Assembly: GCA_902514645.1 (NCBI GenBank)
Contig: CABXRO010000003.1
Span: 1,068-65,067, forward strand
Source of the DNA: an uncultured SAR86 cluster bacterium
GTDB lineage: Bacteria > Pseudomonadota > Gammaproteobacteria > Magnimaribacterales > AG-339-G14
Reading direction: 5' to 3'
Length of the DNA: 64,000 bases
Shown: positions 1 to 12,985 of the stretch, one piece after another
How positions within the stretch are numbered: position 1 is the stretch's first letter
How the letters are laid out: each line of letters starts with the position of its first letter
Notes under the pieces: generated by a model
What the model was told of the DNA's origin: nothing
Databases searched by the model: none
The model's input: only the letters and a program-made list of their open reading frames with translations
Translations under genes and position numbers: made by a program

Positions 1-527
1 GTTAAATCATAAATAACCTGATCATACTCAGCTACAGAAAGAGAATTTTGCATATCCTCAAGAACGTGAGGCATATTTACATTCTGATAGACTTTATTGT
101 TTACTCCATAAGGCCTTGTTGAATCAGGATAGTAATTTCTAAGATAAGTATAAATCCAATCTGGTCTTCTAAGTCTGGCCTCTAATGTAAGATCAGGCGG
201 GTAAGCTCCAAGCCAATTTATTGCATCATCCTTAGATAGACTTATTTCCATAAGTTCGCCGATTTTTGAGCCATTAAAGATTAAATTATCTTCGTACATC
301 TCTAGAGGAATAAGTAAATCCTCTGCAACTCTCTTATATCTAGAGTATTTGAGAGAATGACATCCATAACAATAATTCATGTAAGTAGACAAGCCTCTCT
401 GCAATGAGGCTTTATCTGATACATTAGCCTCAAAATTATCACACTCCATCAAACCACATCTATATTCTCCAGCAGAGAAAAGAATTGTCGGGGAAAAAAA
501 GAATAACAAATAAAGAAATTTTCTCAA
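1..527 (-). CDS. petC: Cytochrome c1 of bc1 complex (3' end runs off the left edge)
   Basis: Not in the ORF track. Manual translation from TTG at 527 (overlapping the petB TGA) gives [20 protein letters not shown]...[24 protein letters not shown], a signal peptide plus CxxCH heme motif. Directly follows petB. Confidence 0.93.
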   Translation of the reverse strand, partial: MRKFLYLLFFFSPTILFSAGEYRCGLMECDNFEANVSDKASLQRGLSTYMNYCYGCHSLKYSRYKRVAEDLLIPLEMYEDNLIFNGSKIGELMEISLSKDDAINWLGAYPPDLTLEARLRRPDWIYTYLRNYYPDSTRPYGVNNKVYQNVNMPHVLEDMQNSLSVAEYDQVIYDL

Positions 528-1780
528 GCTGCTTCTCCTACACGTTCTGGCACGGGTTTGCATTTTTCAAATCTTGTATAAAAAGGCATTAAAAGAAAAT
601 AAGAAAAATAGAGAAAAGTAAAGACTTTAGCAAGCAGGTTTTTAGTTTCTGTTGGAGGAACAGAACCAAGGTATGCAAGTACGAAAAAACTAATTACAAA
701 GCATGTTAAAAAAATCTTACTGAATATGCCTTTATACTTGATAGATTTTACAGGACTTCTATCTAGCCAAGGTAAAGCAGCAAAAATTGCAATTCCTGCT
801 GCCATTACTACAAATCCCAAAAATTTAGCTGTTAATCCAAATAGCGGGAAATCTATTGCTCTAAGCATTGCGTAAAAAGGGGTGTAATACCAGGAAGGAA
901 CAATATGGGCAGGAGTTGAAAGCGGATTTGCAGGTTCATAATTTACGTACTCAATTATGTAACCTCCACCTTCAGGGAAAAAGAATATCACTGTACAAAA
1001 GATCAATAAGAATACTCCTAGAGCATAAAAGTCATGCGTAATGTCGTATGGAAAAAAAGGTTTAGCATCTAAAGGAACTCCATCTTGATCCGTATGTTTT
1101 TTTACCTCAATGCCATCTGGATTATTAGAGCCAATTTCATGAAGAGCTAATATATGAAAGAAAACAACTGCAATAATTAGGATGGGTAATAAAACTACAT
1201 GAAAGGCAAAAAGCCTTGATAAGGTAATACCTGAAACTATGTAATCTCCTCTTATCCAAATAGCTAGATCCTCTCCAAAATAAGGAATAGATCCGACTAA
1301 AGAAATAATCACCTGTGCCGCCCAGAATGACATTTGTCCCCATGGAAGAACATACCCGGTAAAGCCTTCGGCGCATAAGAGAACATAAACAAACCATCCA
1401 CCAACCCAAATTAACTCTCTAGGTTTCTGATATGATCCATACATCATTCCTCTAAACATATGAAGATAAATTAGAGCAAAAAATGCAGAAGCTCCTCCAG
1501 CATGCATGTATCTTATGAGCCAGCCATAATCAACATCTCGCATAATGTATTCAATGGACGAAAATGCGCCTTCTGCAGTGTTGGTATAATTCATCATTAG
1601 CCACAATCCAGTGAGAATTTGCATTACAAGAACTATGAGTAAGAGAAATCCAAACAAATACCAAATGTTTATGTTGGATGGCGAATAATATTTAGAAAGA
1701 TGCCTTTCAAATAGATCAACTACAGGGAATCTTTTATCTACCCAATCAATACTTTTTTTTCCAATAGTATTTTCACTCAT
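524..1780 (-). CDS. petB: Cytochrome b of bc1 complex
   Basis: [20 protein letters not shown] and [10 protein letters not shown] (PEWY-like) motifs; heme-ligand histidines; between the Rieske and c1 genes. Confidence 0.98.
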   Translation of the reverse strand: MSENTIGKKSIDWVDKRFPVVDLFERHLSKYYSPSNINIWYLFGFLLLIVLVMQILTGLWLMMNYTNTAEGAFSSIEYIMRDVDYGWLIRYMHAGGASAFFALIYLHMFRGMMYGSYQKPRELIWVGGWFVYVLLCAEGFTGYVLPWGQMSFWAAQVIISLVGSIPYFGEDLAIWIRGDYIVSGITLSRLFAFHVVLLPILIIAVVFFHILALHEIGSNNPDGIEVKKHTDQDGVPLDAKPFFPYDITHDFYALGVFLLIFCTVIFFFPEGGGYIIEYVNYEPANPLSTPAHIVPSWYYTPFYAMLRAIDFPLFGLTAKFLGFVVMAAGIAIFAALPWLDRSPVKSIKYKGIFSKIFLTCFVISFFVLAYLGSVPPTETKNLLAKVFTFLYFSYFLLMPFYTRFEKCKPVPERVGEAA

Positions 1781-2373
1781 TAACTCACTCCGTCTGAACC
1801 GATAACCAGAAGATTATCTTTTTCAAAAAAATGTGGAGGCACAACTAAATTCGTAGGGGCTGGAACGTTTGCATATACTCTGCCAACTAGATCAAATTTT
1901 GAACCATGACAAGGACAAAAAAATCCACCTTGCCAATTTGAATCAAAGTCTTCGGGTTTGGCTTCTGGATAATATTTCGGGGCACAACCTAAATGTGTAC
2001 AAACGCCGGTAAGAACTGCAATACCTTTTTTTCGTGATCTGATTTCGTTTTTTGCATATTCTGGTTGAGAAGGATCTTTCATTTCAGGATCTGCCAACCT
2101 TTCTAAATTATTTGTTATAGCGTTGGTATTTTCTTCAGGAATATTTACAACAAAAACTGGTCTTCCTCTCCATTCAACTGTCATCATTTCTCCAGGGAGC
2201 AATTTTGAAACATCAACTTTTACTGGTGCTCCTGCCGCTTCAGCTTTTGCACTTGGTTTAAAAGCGCTTATAAAAGGTACTGCGGTGAAAAAAGCACCTA
2301 TAAGTCCCAAAAAAGAAGTCGTATAGGTAAGGAACTTCCTTCTACCAGGATTAGGAGGACTTTTGGGTTGCAT
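1780..2373 (-). CDS. petA: Ubiquinol-cytochrome c reductase Rieske Fe-S subunit
   Basis: Tat motif RRKFL; CTHLGC and CPCHGS Rieske boxes. Confidence 0.98.
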   Translation of the reverse strand: MQPKSPPNPGRRKFLTYTTSFLGLIGAFFTAVPFISAFKPSAKAEAAGAPVKVDVSKLLPGEMMTVEWRGRPVFVVNIPEENTNAITNNLERLADPEMKDPSQPEYAKNEIRSRKKGIAVLTGVCTHLGCAPKYYPEAKPEDFDSNWQGGFFCPCHGSKFDLVGRVYANVPAPTNLVVPPHFFEKDNLLVIGSDGVS

Positions 2374-2376
2374 GTT

Positions 2377-2766
2377 TTATCTTTTGCTGAATTGAGGCGC
2401 TTTTCTTGCTTTTCTTAATCCAACTTTTTTTCTTTCCACTTTTCTTGAATCTCTAGTTAAGTAGCCTGCTGACTTTAAAGCTCCTCTAAACTCACTGTCT
2501 TTTTTTTCAAGGGCTCTAGATATTCCATGTCTAATAGCACCAGCTTGTCCAAAAGAACCTCCGCCGGAAACCTTTATTTTGAGATCGTATTTCTGATCGC
2601 AACTCAAAAGCTTCAAAGGCTGTTTTACGAGTATTTTAGCTACTTCCCTTCCAAAGTATTCTTCTAAAGGTAGATCATTTATTAATATATTGCCTGTACC
2701 CTCATAAAGATAGACTCTCGCCGTTGCACTTTTTCTTCTTCCTGTTGCGTAAATTGCTTCTGACAT
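2377..2766 (-). CDS. rpsI: 30S ribosomal protein S9
   Basis: [24 protein letters not shown]-terminal QFSKR. Confidence 0.99.
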   Translation of the reverse strand: MSEAIYATGRRKSATARVYLYEGTGNILINDLPLEEYFGREVAKILVKQPLKLLSCDQKYDLKIKVSGGGSFGQAGAIRHGISRALEKKDSEFRGALKSAGYLTRDSRKVERKKVGLRKARKAPQFSKR

Positions 2767-2776
2767 ATTTATTTTG

Positions 2777-3205
2777 CTATAAAGCTAATTCCTTCGGTTG
2801 TTGTCCAGAATGAGGGTGCTCTGCTCCAACATATACCTTTAATTTTTTTATAATTTTATTTGCCAGTTTATTTTTAGGAAGCATGCCTTTAACTGCTTTT
2901 TCAATAATTTTTTCAGGTGAATCTGCTTGCATTTTTTCAAATGTTGTTGTTTTTAGACCGCCGGGGAAACCAGTGTGATGATGGTATTTTTTTTGAGTGA
3001 ATTTATTACCTGTAACGCACACTTTTTCTGCATTAACAACTACAACGAAGTCACCTAAATCTGCGTTAGGAGAGTAATGGGTCTTATTTTTTCCGGATAA
3101 TATGTTTGCAATTTTTACAGCCAATCTTCCTAAAATCTCATCTTTGGCGTCGATAAGATGCCATTTTTTTTCTAAATCATCACTTTTGTAACTTTTAGTT
3201 TTCAT
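2777..3205 (-). CDS. rplM: 50S ribosomal protein L13
   Basis: [41 protein letters not shown]. Confidence 0.99.
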   Translation of the reverse strand: MKTKSYKSDDLEKKWHLIDAKDEILGRLAVKIANILSGKNKTHYSPNADLGDFVVVVNAEKVCVTGNKFTQKKYHHHTGFPGGLKTTTFEKMQADSPEKIIEKAVKGMLPKNKLANKIIKKLKVYVGAEHPHSGQQPKELAL

Positions 3206-3262
3206 AATAAGTCTTTGAAAGGCGAGAATGATAACTCAGAGAGGTTATAATTGCTATTACAT

Positions 3263-4036
3263 ATGTTCAAAAAAAGTTATTTTCTGATTTCTTTATGGGT
3301 AATTTTAGGATCAATTTCTGGGCTTATTTTTTCAAGTTTTTACGGAAAAACTAACTTTTATATACCTTTCTATCACGATATCTCCAATGTGCTTGAAAGA
3401 ACATCGCCCTCTGTTGTAAATATTTGGACGATAAAAAAATGGAGAGCTTGGCAAGAGCAATCTAATGAGTTTGGTTTCAAATACAACAGAAGAGTCGTAA
3501 AAACGGGTTTTTTTCCAAATGGCTCAGGAGTTGTTATTGAAAAGAATTTAATAGTCACAAATTTCCATGTAGTCAAAGAGGCATTTAATCAGAATCAACA
3601 ACTATTAGTTGAAAATCACTTAGGCAAGACAGTTATGGCTCAAATATTAGGATTTGATTCAGAAGCAGACATTGCAGTTATTGCAATTATTGAATCAATA
3701 AATTTAAAACCTTTTAGAATTAGAAAAAATATAGATCAAGTTAAAGTCGGAGAATCTGTTGTTGCGATAGGGAATCCTCAAGGGTTGGGCCAATCATTCA
3801 GCAAAGGTATTGTGAGCGCAATAAATAGAACTTTTAAAGACAAAAAAGGAAATTTTTTACAAACAGATGCATCAATTAATCCAGGGAACTCTGGGGGAGC
3901 TTTGATTGATGACAAAGGCAGACTTTTGGGAGTTGTTAATGTAATAAGATCTACTTCTGGAGGTAATCAAGGTTTAAATTTTGCAATTCCTGTTGATACG
4001 GTTATGGAAGTATTTAATTCGATTTTGGAAAAATAA
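3263..4036 (+). CDS. DegS/AlgW-like membrane-anchored trypsin-like serine protease, no PDZ domain
   Basis: N-terminal TM; TNFHVV, DIAV and TDASINPGNSGGAL supply the H-D-S triad. Occupies the algW/degS position next to hisD. Likely start is ATG 3263. Confidence 0.88.
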   Translation: MFKKSYFLISLWVILGSISGLIFSSFYGKTNFYIPFYHDISNVLERTSPSVVNIWTIKKWRAWQEQSNEFGFKYNRRVVKTGFFPNGSGVVIEKNLIVTNFHVVKEAFNQNQQLLVENHLGKTVMAQILGFDSEADIAVIAIIESINLKPFRIRKNIDQVKVGESVVAIGNPQGLGQSFSKGIVSAINRTFKDKKGNFLQTDASINPGNSGGALIDDKGRLLGVVNVIRSTSGGNQGLNFAIPVDTVMEVFNSILEK

Positions 4037-4040
4037 AAAT

Positions 4041-5348
4041 TTACTTTCTTCTAAATTTTAATGCATTTGCATGATTATCTAAACCTTCGAGTTCTGCTAA
4101 GAATATAGAGTTTTCAAGTAATTCGTTATATTTACTTTTGTTCTTCAAAGTATTAATTGCAGTTACAGAAGTTCTAACTAGGAAATCTTCAACGCTGACG
4201 GGTGAGCTAAATCTTGCAGAAGAATTTGTTGGAATTACGTGGCTAGGGCCCGCTGCATAATCTCCTAATACAGCAGAATTATTTTCTCCTATAAAGATTG
4301 CTCCAGCAGAAAATTCTTTTAATAATGAGTCATCGAAACTTTTTAAGATTATCTGTAAGTGTTCTGGTGAAATAAGATTATTAATAAATATTGCCTCTTT
4401 TAAGTTTCTAACTTGAACAAACATTGAATTATTTTCTAAAGCAGTTTTTATAGTTTTATTTCGAGGAGCAGAATTTACTAGTTCATTCAATTCTTTAAAC
4501 ATGTCGTCTAATCCAAATTTTCCAATTTGAATATAAACGCACTTAGAATCTTCGCCATGCTCAGCCTGAGCAATTAGATCAGCAGCTAACATTTTAGATC
4601 CTTTTTTCTTGTCAGAAATTATCAGCACTTCTGATGGACCTGCAAAAGAATCTATACCAACGTCTCCAAATACTTGCCTTTTTGCTTCAGCGACATAAAC
4701 ATTTCCTGGCCCAAAGATCTTATCCATTTTAGTAATTGTCTTTGTTCCATATGCCATTGCCGCAATTGCATGAGCTCCACCGAAATTGTATGCATGTTTT
4801 ATTCCAGCAACATGAGCAGTTCCTAGCATCAACTTTCTTGCATCATCCGATGAGCTAGGAAAAAAAAGATTAATCTCCTTACAGCCTGCAACCGAAGCAA
4901 TAAGAGCTGTCATGAGGATCGAAGATGGGTAAGTAGCTTTACCTCCAGGTGCATAAATACCAATTTTATTTATGGGTTTGTGAATTTGACCTAAAATGTT
5001 AAAAACATCATCTTTAGTTTTTAAGTCATTTATTTTTATTAATTTATGAAAGTTTATAATTCTATTTTTTATATAATTTAAGTTTTTCTTAGTTTCATTG
5101 TCGAACTTTTCATAAGCTTTTCTAAAGTCTGTTCGATTATAGGACGCATCAGAGATTGACTTGAATTTTGTATTGTCTATTTTATTAGAAATCTTAATTA
5201 GAGCAGTGTCTCCATTTTTTTTTACATCAGAGATTATTTTTTGAACAGCCTCTCTAACATTTGAATTTCTGTTAATAGAATTGGTTTTTGACAAAAGTTT
5301 CTTTGCTGTTGCAAATGATACTTTTTTAATTTTTAAATTTTTCATCAA
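4041..5348 (-). CDS. hisD: Histidinol dehydrogenase
   Basis: GIYAPGGKA, KIFGPGNVYV, AGPSE, AQAEH, PEHL, GDYAAGPSHVIPT. Confidence 0.96.
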   Translation of the reverse strand: MMKNLKIKKVSFATAKKLLSKTNSINRNSNVREAVQKIISDVKKNGDTALIKISNKIDNTKFKSISDASYNRTDFRKAYEKFDNETKKNLNYIKNRIINFHKLIKINDLKTKDDVFNILGQIHKPINKIGIYAPGGKATYPSSILMTALIASVAGCKEINLFFPSSSDDARKLMLGTAHVAGIKHAYNFGGAHAIAAMAYGTKTITKMDKIFGPGNVYVAEAKRQVFGDVGIDSFAGPSEVLIISDKKKGSKMLAADLIAQAEHGEDSKCVYIQIGKFGLDDMFKELNELVNSAPRNKTIKTALENNSMFVQVRNLKEAIFINNLISPEHLQIILKSFDDSLLKEFSAGAIFIGENNSAVLGDYAAGPSHVIPTNSSARFSSPVSVEDFLVRTSVTAINTLKNKSKYNELLENSIFLAELEGLDNHANALKFRRK

Positions 5349-5948
5349 GAATCTTTTTAATAGAAATAACCAATTTATTTATTTGTGAATTTTGTGTTTT
5401 GAAAGAAGACTTGTTTATAATTAATCTAGTTGAAATATTTTGTATAACCTCTAACTCAGTTAATCCATTCTCTTTCAGGGTAGCTCCTGTTTGCACAAGG
5501 TCTACTATGTAGTCTGATAGTCCAAGTATAGGAGCTATTTCAATTGCTCCTTTAAGTTTTATTATTTCAACATTCTGCATTTTAGAAGAAAAGAAAGATT
5601 TAGCAGACAAAGGATATTTTGTTGCGACAATTGGTTTGTTAGAGTGATTTACTTTGTTCAAGGCAGCCAAAGAAAGATGACATTTACCGAATCCAAGGTC
5701 TAAAAATTCATAAAAATTCTCTTCATCCTCTATTTCATTAAGAACATCTTTCCCGACAAAACCTATATCAGCTATTCCTTTATTAACGAATTTTGGAATA
5801 TCCCATGATCTCAAAATGGCAACTTTTATATTTTTTACTGAGGTATCCATGACTAGCTTTCTTGATGAGTCTTCAAAAGACACGCCTACTTCCTCCAAAA
5901 GATTTTTAATTTCTTTAAGTAATCTTCCCTTTGGTAAAACTAGTAACA

Positions 5949-5949
<1 letters not shown>
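5326..5949 (-). CDS. hisG: ATP phosphoribosyltransferase, short form (HisZ-dependent)
   Basis: LPKGRL, VATKYP, GAIEIAP, IVDLVQTGATLKENGL; 207 aa with no C-terminal regulatory domain. Confidence 0.96.
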
Positions 5950-7837
<1,888 letters not shown>

Positions 7838-7887
7838 TTATAATCGATTTTAATTTGTTTAGTCTACTATAAGATATTATCTCTCAG

Positions 7888-8865
7888 ATGAAAAAACAGA
7901 AAAAAAATACTTTTTTTGAAATTGGAAAAAAAGTTATTTCTAACGAAATTGAAGCATTAAAGACAGTTTCAACAAATTTAGATAAAAAGGAATTCAACAA
8001 AATTTGTTCACTCTTATCGCGCAATAAAGGGAACATTATATTTTTAGGAATAGGAAAATCAGGAAAAGTATCCGAGAAAATTTCAGCTACTTTATCAAGT
8101 TTAGGCAAACCATCTTTTTACATTAATGCTGCTGAAGCGAGTCACGGAGATTTGGGAGCAATAACTAATAAAGATGTCCTATTTATTTTTTCATACTCTG
8201 GCGAAACAGAAGAGTTAATAGATCTCTTACCAAACCTAAGGTCAAAAAAGATTAAAATCTGCTCTGTAACTGCAAATATAAAGTCGACTATTTCTCTAGC
8301 ATCAGAGGCTCACTTAACATTAAGTTTAGATAAAGAAGCTGATCTTCTTAATCTAGCCCCTACTTCTAGCACGACTGCAATGATGATGATTGGAGACGCA
8401 ATTTCTATTGCTTTATCAAGCCAAAATGGCTTCGAGAGAACTGATTTTGGAGAGAATCACCCTGGAGGAAGTCTTGGGAAAAGCTTCATAAAGGTTAAAG
8501 AAATTATGATTCAAGAAAAAGACTTACCTTTTATCGACGGAGGTATTTCCGTGATCAAAGCCATGGAAATGATATCAAAAAAAGGTTTTGGGTTAGGCCT
8601 AATAAAAACTGGTCTCCAAGTAAAAGGAATCTTTACCGATGGGGACTTAAGAAGAATGATAAATGATCGTGTAGATCTTACTTCTACTTCAATTAAAAAA
8701 GTAATGACAAAAAATTATAAGTTTGTTGATGAACAAGATCTTGTTCTTGATGTATCTCGCGTAATGGAAGAACAAAAGATTTATTCTTTAATTGTAAAAA
8801 ATTCTAAAGGTAAAATTTCTGGCTTAATAAGGATGCATGAAATTCTTTCATCAAAAATAATTTAA
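7888..8865 (+). CDS. kdsD: Arabinose-5-phosphate isomerase (SIS + CBS domains)
   Basis: GIGKSG, EASHGDLG, SYSGETEE, LAPTSST, HPGGSLG, GIFTDGDLRR. Confidence 0.95.
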   Translation: MKKQKKNTFFEIGKKVISNEIEALKTVSTNLDKKEFNKICSLLSRNKGNIIFLGIGKSGKVSEKISATLSSLGKPSFYINAAEASHGDLGAITNKDVLFIFSYSGETEELIDLLPNLRSKKIKICSVTANIKSTISLASEAHLTLSLDKEADLLNLAPTSSTTAMMMIGDAISIALSSQNGFERTDFGENHPGGSLGKSFIKVKEIMIQEKDLPFIDGGISVIKAMEMISKKGFGLGLIKTGLQVKGIFTDGDLRRMINDRVDLTSTSIKKVMTKNYKFVDEQDLVLDVSRVMEEQKIYSLIVKNSKGKISGLIRMHEILSSKII

Positions 8866-9491
8866 TGCAAAAAAGTATTTTTGTATATTTATTAGCTTTA
8901 TTTTTCCTTATAGGCTCAATACTTTTTTTGTCTTCTTTTTTTTTGAATTCTACGATTAGCGATACTGAAAAACAAAATAGCGAAATAATATTTAAAGCTA
9001 ACAATATTTCAATAAATTTAGATTTCAAAGAGAGCGATCTCAAACTGAACTTAAAATCATCAATGGTGAATTCATTAAAGGAGGAAAAGAATCTTTACGT
9101 TTATCAGCCTAGAATTAATCTTTCAGGAAAAGACATATCAATGATTATAACCTCCGATAAAGGAAAAATTGCATATGACAAAAATACAATTTTTCTAGAA
9201 AATAATATTAAGATTTATGGCACAGTGAATAAAAAGAAAATTGAGGGCGAATCAGCTCCTGTGGTTATAAACCTCAATAAAAGAAATTTATCTTCAGATA
9301 AACTAAATTTATCTATAGATATTTATGAAATTTCATTTAATGAAGTAATTTTTAATGAAGATGAAGTGATTTTTAAGGGAAGTCCTATTTATTTGGAAGA
9401 AAAAAATGGATTAAAAACTAATACTTCTCTTATAAAGCTTAAATCTGATGGAAAATTGATTTTCCCAAAAAAATTAAATATCGAAAAGTAG
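8865..9491 (+). CDS. lptC: Divergent LptC-like LPS export protein
   Basis: Single N-terminal TM followed by a beta-rich region (YVYQPRINL, ITSDKGKI, IFLENNIKI); lies between kdsD and lptB. The call rests largely on synteny. Confidence 0.62.
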   Translation: MQKSIFVYLLALFFLIGSILFLSSFFLNSTISDTEKQNSEIIFKANNISINLDFKESDLKLNLKSSMVNSLKEEKNLYVYQPRINLSGKDISMIITSDKGKIAYDKNTIFLENNIKIYGTVNKKKIEGESAPVVINLNKRNLSSDKLNLSIDIYEISFNEVIFNEDEVIFKGSPIYLEEKNGLKTNTSLIKLKSDGKLIFPKKLNIEK

Positions 9492-9496
9492 ACATT

Positions 9497-10210
9497 ATGT
9501 TCATTGAAGGAAAAAAAATAAATAAAGTCTCCAAGAATATTAGAATTCTTAAAAATATAAATATCTCAATAAATTCTCAACAAATTTGTGGTTTGTTAGG
9601 GCCTAATGGAGCAGGAAAAACCTCCTTATTTTCAATTTTAGCTGGATTAAGTAAGCCTTCAGATGGAGAAATCTTGTACGACTCAAAAATAGTTAACAAC
9701 TTTAGTTTTGAAAAAAGATCAGATCTTGGAGTGATTTATCTTCCGCAAGAGCCATCTGTTTTTAGAGAACTTACTGTAGAGGAAAATATTAAGGCCGCGT
9801 TAGAGGCTAAGAAAATTCATAAAAAAGAAATAGATAAAAAAATGCAAGATATTACAAAAGAATTTAATTTAAAAAGTATATGCCTCCAAAGATGTAATTC
9901 TCTTTCTGGAGGGCAAAGAAGAAGAGTCGAAATAGCTAGAGCTATGGCTCTTAATCCAAAATTGATATTACTAGATGAGCCTTTTGCCGGGATCGATCCC
10001 CTAGTGATAAGTGAAATTAAAGAATTAATTAAGAATTTAAAAGAAAAAAAAATTGGAGTTCTTATAAGCGATCACAATGTTAGGGCTACTTTAGATATTT
10101 GCGATTTCATCTATGTTATAAATGCTGGAGAAGTAATTGCTGAAGGTACCCCAAAGGAAATAATATCAAATGATCTAGTTAAAAAAGTTTATCTCGGAGA
10201 TTTTCTTTGA
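9497..10210 (+). CDS. lptB: LPS export ABC ATPase
   Basis: GLLGPNGAGKT, YLPQEPSVFR, LSGGQRRRVEIARA, LLDEPFAGIDP, SDHNVR, VYLG. Confidence 0.97.
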   Translation: MFIEGKKINKVSKNIRILKNINISINSQQICGLLGPNGAGKTSLFSILAGLSKPSDGEILYDSKIVNNFSFEKRSDLGVIYLPQEPSVFRELTVEENIKAALEAKKIHKKEIDKKMQDITKEFNLKSICLQRCNSLSGGQRRRVEIARAMALNPKLILLDEPFAGIDPLVISEIKELIKNLKEKKIGVLISDHNVRATLDICDFIYVINAGEVIAEGTPKEIISNDLVKKVYLGDFL

Positions 10211-10218
10211 AAAATTAG

Positions 10219-10725
10219 TTACTTCCCATAAGTAAGCTTTATTCTAAGATATCTTAAAAATCCATAAATAATAGGCCAGAATAAACTAGAGATTATAGTT
10301 AAAGCTAGCAACTCAAAAATAATGGAAAGAGAGAAATTTTTAGAGATAAGAATAAAGTAAATTTGATAAATAAAAATAATCATTGCAACAATTAAAGACT
10401 GTTGTATGCGAAATAGAGCTCTAAATCTATGAAAGTACCTTTGAGAAAAATATGAAGTTAACAAAAATATAATTACGTGAGTACCTAAAAGATAGCCCAA
10501 AAAAATATCTAACAAAAGACCGCTAAACATTGTCCAAACAAAACCTATATTTCTTGGAGTTGCAACATTCCAATAAATCAAGCTCATCAAAGTTAATGGC
10601 AAAGTCAATCTTGATAATAAAAAGTCATTTAGAATAATTTCAATTATTGAAAATACAACTAAAGTAAGTCCAACGAAAAAGTTAATTTTAAAAGTAGATG
10701 GTTTTTTTTCGTCTAAACTATTCAT
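10219..10725 (-). CDS. mreD: Rod shape-determining protein MreD
   Basis: Hydrophobic 168 aa with IYW, GLLLD and WP motifs; follows mreC. Confidence 0.9.
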   Translation of the reverse strand: MNSLDEKKPSTFKINFFVGLTLVVFSIIEIILNDFLLSRLTLPLTLMSLIYWNVATPRNIGFVWTMFSGLLLDIFLGYLLGTHVIIFLLTSYFSQRYFHRFRALFRIQQSLIVAMIIFIYQIYFILISKNFSLSIIFELLALTIISSLFWPIIYGFLRYLRIKLTYGK

Positions 10726-11570
10726 GGTTTTGTAAATAAAACTTTAGACCCAAAACTAAAATCAAATGAATTCTCAACTTTTACTGTCAAAAAATTTGAT
10801 TCATCATTTTCATCTATTCTAGTTACTCTTCCAAGAAAAAAACCCCCTGGAAATTTTCCACCAAGCCCGGATGAAATAATTTCATCTCCAATAGAGATAT
10901 CTCCATTTTTTTTAAAATCTTCAATTTGAAATGATTTTGGTTCGCCTAAGCCTACGATAATAAGATTTTCGAGCGTTCTGGAATTCTTAGCCGGGATTTT
11001 TGTGGAGAGATCATGTAATGGCTTTATCTTTACTGAATTCGTTAGCAGTTCATCTACAACTCCAATTAGGCCGAAAGCATTAAAAGCAACCATATCCTTT
11101 GTGATATCAGTTGTTCTAACTTCAACGGAAACAAGTTCTTCCGGAAACTTTTTTATATCGGTAACTTTCCCTAGGTAAATTTCCTTTTTTTCAAAGCTTT
11201 TGCTTAGATCAAATAATTTTTCTAGTTCATTCAATGAATTTTTTGTATCCCCAAGAGAGAGATTTTGATTTTCTAAATCTCTAATTTTACTTTTCAAGAC
11301 TTGGATTTCTTCAATTAGTCTTTTTTGGGAAGAAAAATAAGAGTCAAAAGTATTTAAAGTATCTCTTGCAAAAAATTCAATTTCGCTAAATGGAGAAAAA
11401 ATATAGGATGAAATTATTCTTAGTTTGCTTCCTAAATCAAATGAATAATCTCCATACATTAATGCAATTGTAAGAAATATTGCTGGGTAGAGACGGTTTG
11501 CTCGCATTGATCCGGTTGTGAAAATAGCTGATTGAGCAATGTCAGTCTGTTTATGTTCACCGCCGAACAT
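10722..11570 (-). CDS. mreC: Rod shape-determining protein MreC
   Basis: TM plus coiled coil; GLIGVV and SSGLGGKFPGG motifs; follows mreB. Confidence 0.92.
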   Translation of the reverse strand: MFGGEHKQTDIAQSAIFTTGSMRANRLYPAIFLTIALMYGDYSFDLGSKLRIISSYIFSPFSEIEFFARDTLNTFDSYFSSQKRLIEEIQVLKSKIRDLENQNLSLGDTKNSLNELEKLFDLSKSFEKKEIYLGKVTDIKKFPEELVSVEVRTTDITKDMVAFNAFGLIGVVDELLTNSVKIKPLHDLSTKIPAKNSRTLENLIIVGLGEPKSFQIEDFKKNGDISIGDEIISSGLGGKFPGGFFLGRVTRIDENDESNFLTVKVENSFDFSFGSKVLFTKP

Positions 11571-11574
11571 AAAA

Positions 11575-12615
11575 TCACTCGGTAGATAAAAGATCTACAT
11601 CAAATTTATCAATTATATCTAGAGCAATTCCCCCACCTTTTACAACGCAAGTTAAAGGATCATCGGCAACTATAACTGGAATTCCAGTTTGCTCAGAAAT
11701 CATTATATCTAGATCGGTAAGAAGAGCGCCTCCTCCAGTTAAAACTATCCCTCTTTCAGAGATATCAGCACTCAACTCTGGAGGAGACTGTTCCAATGCA
11801 TTTCGAATAGATTGGAGAATAGATGACAATGGTCCTGAGATGGCTTCATAAGCTTCTAAACTCGAAAAATTAATAGTATTTGGAACTCCTTCAGCTAAAT
11901 TTCTCCCCCTAATTTCCATCGATTTATCTTCACTTTCAGGAGTTGCACATCCAACAGTTTCTTTGATTCTTTCGGCAGTTGATTCACCAACCAAAACTCC
12001 ATATTTTCTTCTAATATAGGATACGATTGCTTCATTAAATCTATCTCCACCTGTTTTTAATGAGCTTGAAAAAACAACCCCATTAAGAGCAAGAATTGCG
12101 ATTTCGGTTGTGCCGCCTCCTATGTCAACCACCATTGAGCCAGATGCATCTTCAACTGGAAGACCTGCTCCAATTGCTGCTGCCATTGGCTCTTCTATAA
12201 GCCTTACCTCTCTAGCTCCAGCTTGAAGGGCAGATTCTCTTATGGCTCTTCTTTCTACTTGCGTAGATTGACAAGGCACACAAATTAAAATTCTTGGACT
12301 AGGTTTAAAAAAATTTTCTCCATGAACGACTTGAATGAAATGCTGGAGCATCTTCTCTGTAACTTGAAAATCTGCAATTACTCCATCTTTTAGAGGTCTA
12401 ATCGCCTCGATATTTCCAGGAACTCTACCTAGCATTCTTTTTGCTTCAGAGCCTACAGCAACAACTGATCTATGACCTTCAGATTTTTTTATTGCAACTA
12501 CAGAAGGTTCATTTAAAACAATACCCTTTCCTTTTGCAAAAATAAGTGTGTTGGCAGTGCCCAGATCAATTGATAAATCCGTTGAATATATACCTTTAAG
12601 AGCTTTTAAAACCAT
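11575..12615 (-). CDS. mreB: Actin-like rod shape protein MreB
   Basis: [45 protein letters not shown]. Confidence 0.99.
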   Translation of the reverse strand: MVLKALKGIYSTDLSIDLGTANTLIFAKGKGIVLNEPSVVAIKKSEGHRSVVAVGSEAKRMLGRVPGNIEAIRPLKDGVIADFQVTEKMLQHFIQVVHGENFFKPSPRILICVPCQSTQVERRAIRESALQAGAREVRLIEEPMAAAIGAGLPVEDASGSMVVDIGGGTTEIAILALNGVVFSSSLKTGGDRFNEAIVSYIRRKYGVLVGESTAERIKETVGCATPESEDKSMEIRGRNLAEGVPNTINFSSLEAYEAISGPLSSILQSIRNALEQSPPELSADISERGIVLTGGGALLTDLDIMISEQTGIPVIVADDPLTCVVKGGGIALDIIDKFDVDLLSTE

Positions 12616-12695
12616 AATTTTTTAATTTTTTAAATATTTCGAATAGTAGTTGATTTTAAGTTGATATAAAATCTCCCTCTCTTTGATCCATTATA

Positions 12696-12983
12696 ATGAA
12701 AATTACTAAACAAGACCTTAAAAACATCTCTTTATTGAGTAAGATAAAAATAGACGAGGATACATCTTCCTCTTTGATAAAAGATCTGGAATCTATTTTA
12801 ACAATGGTTAACAAAATGGATGAGTTAGACACTTCAAAAATTAATCCATTAACTCACCCTATAGAAAATACTCAAACTTTGAGAGAAGATATCGAAAAAA
12901 AAGATATTGAAAGAGAAAAACTTCAAAAACTTTCTAAAGAAAAAGACTCTGGGTTTTATCTTACCCCCAAAGTAATTGAATAG
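12696..12983 (+). CDS. gatC: Asp/Glu-tRNA amidotransferase subunit C
   Basis: 95 aa; LREDI and FYLTPKVIE; precedes gatA. Confidence 0.93.
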   Translation: MKITKQDLKNISLLSKIKIDEDTSSSLIKDLESILTMVNKMDELDTSKINPLTHPIENTQTLREDIEKKDIEREKLQKLSKEKDSGFYLTPKVIE

Positions 12984-12985
12984 TT

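Noticed and set aside
1-3205. Ribosomal protein genes fused into an operon with petABC
   Set aside because: rplM-rpsI-petABC adjacency is already known in Pseudomonas-like gammaproteobacteria.
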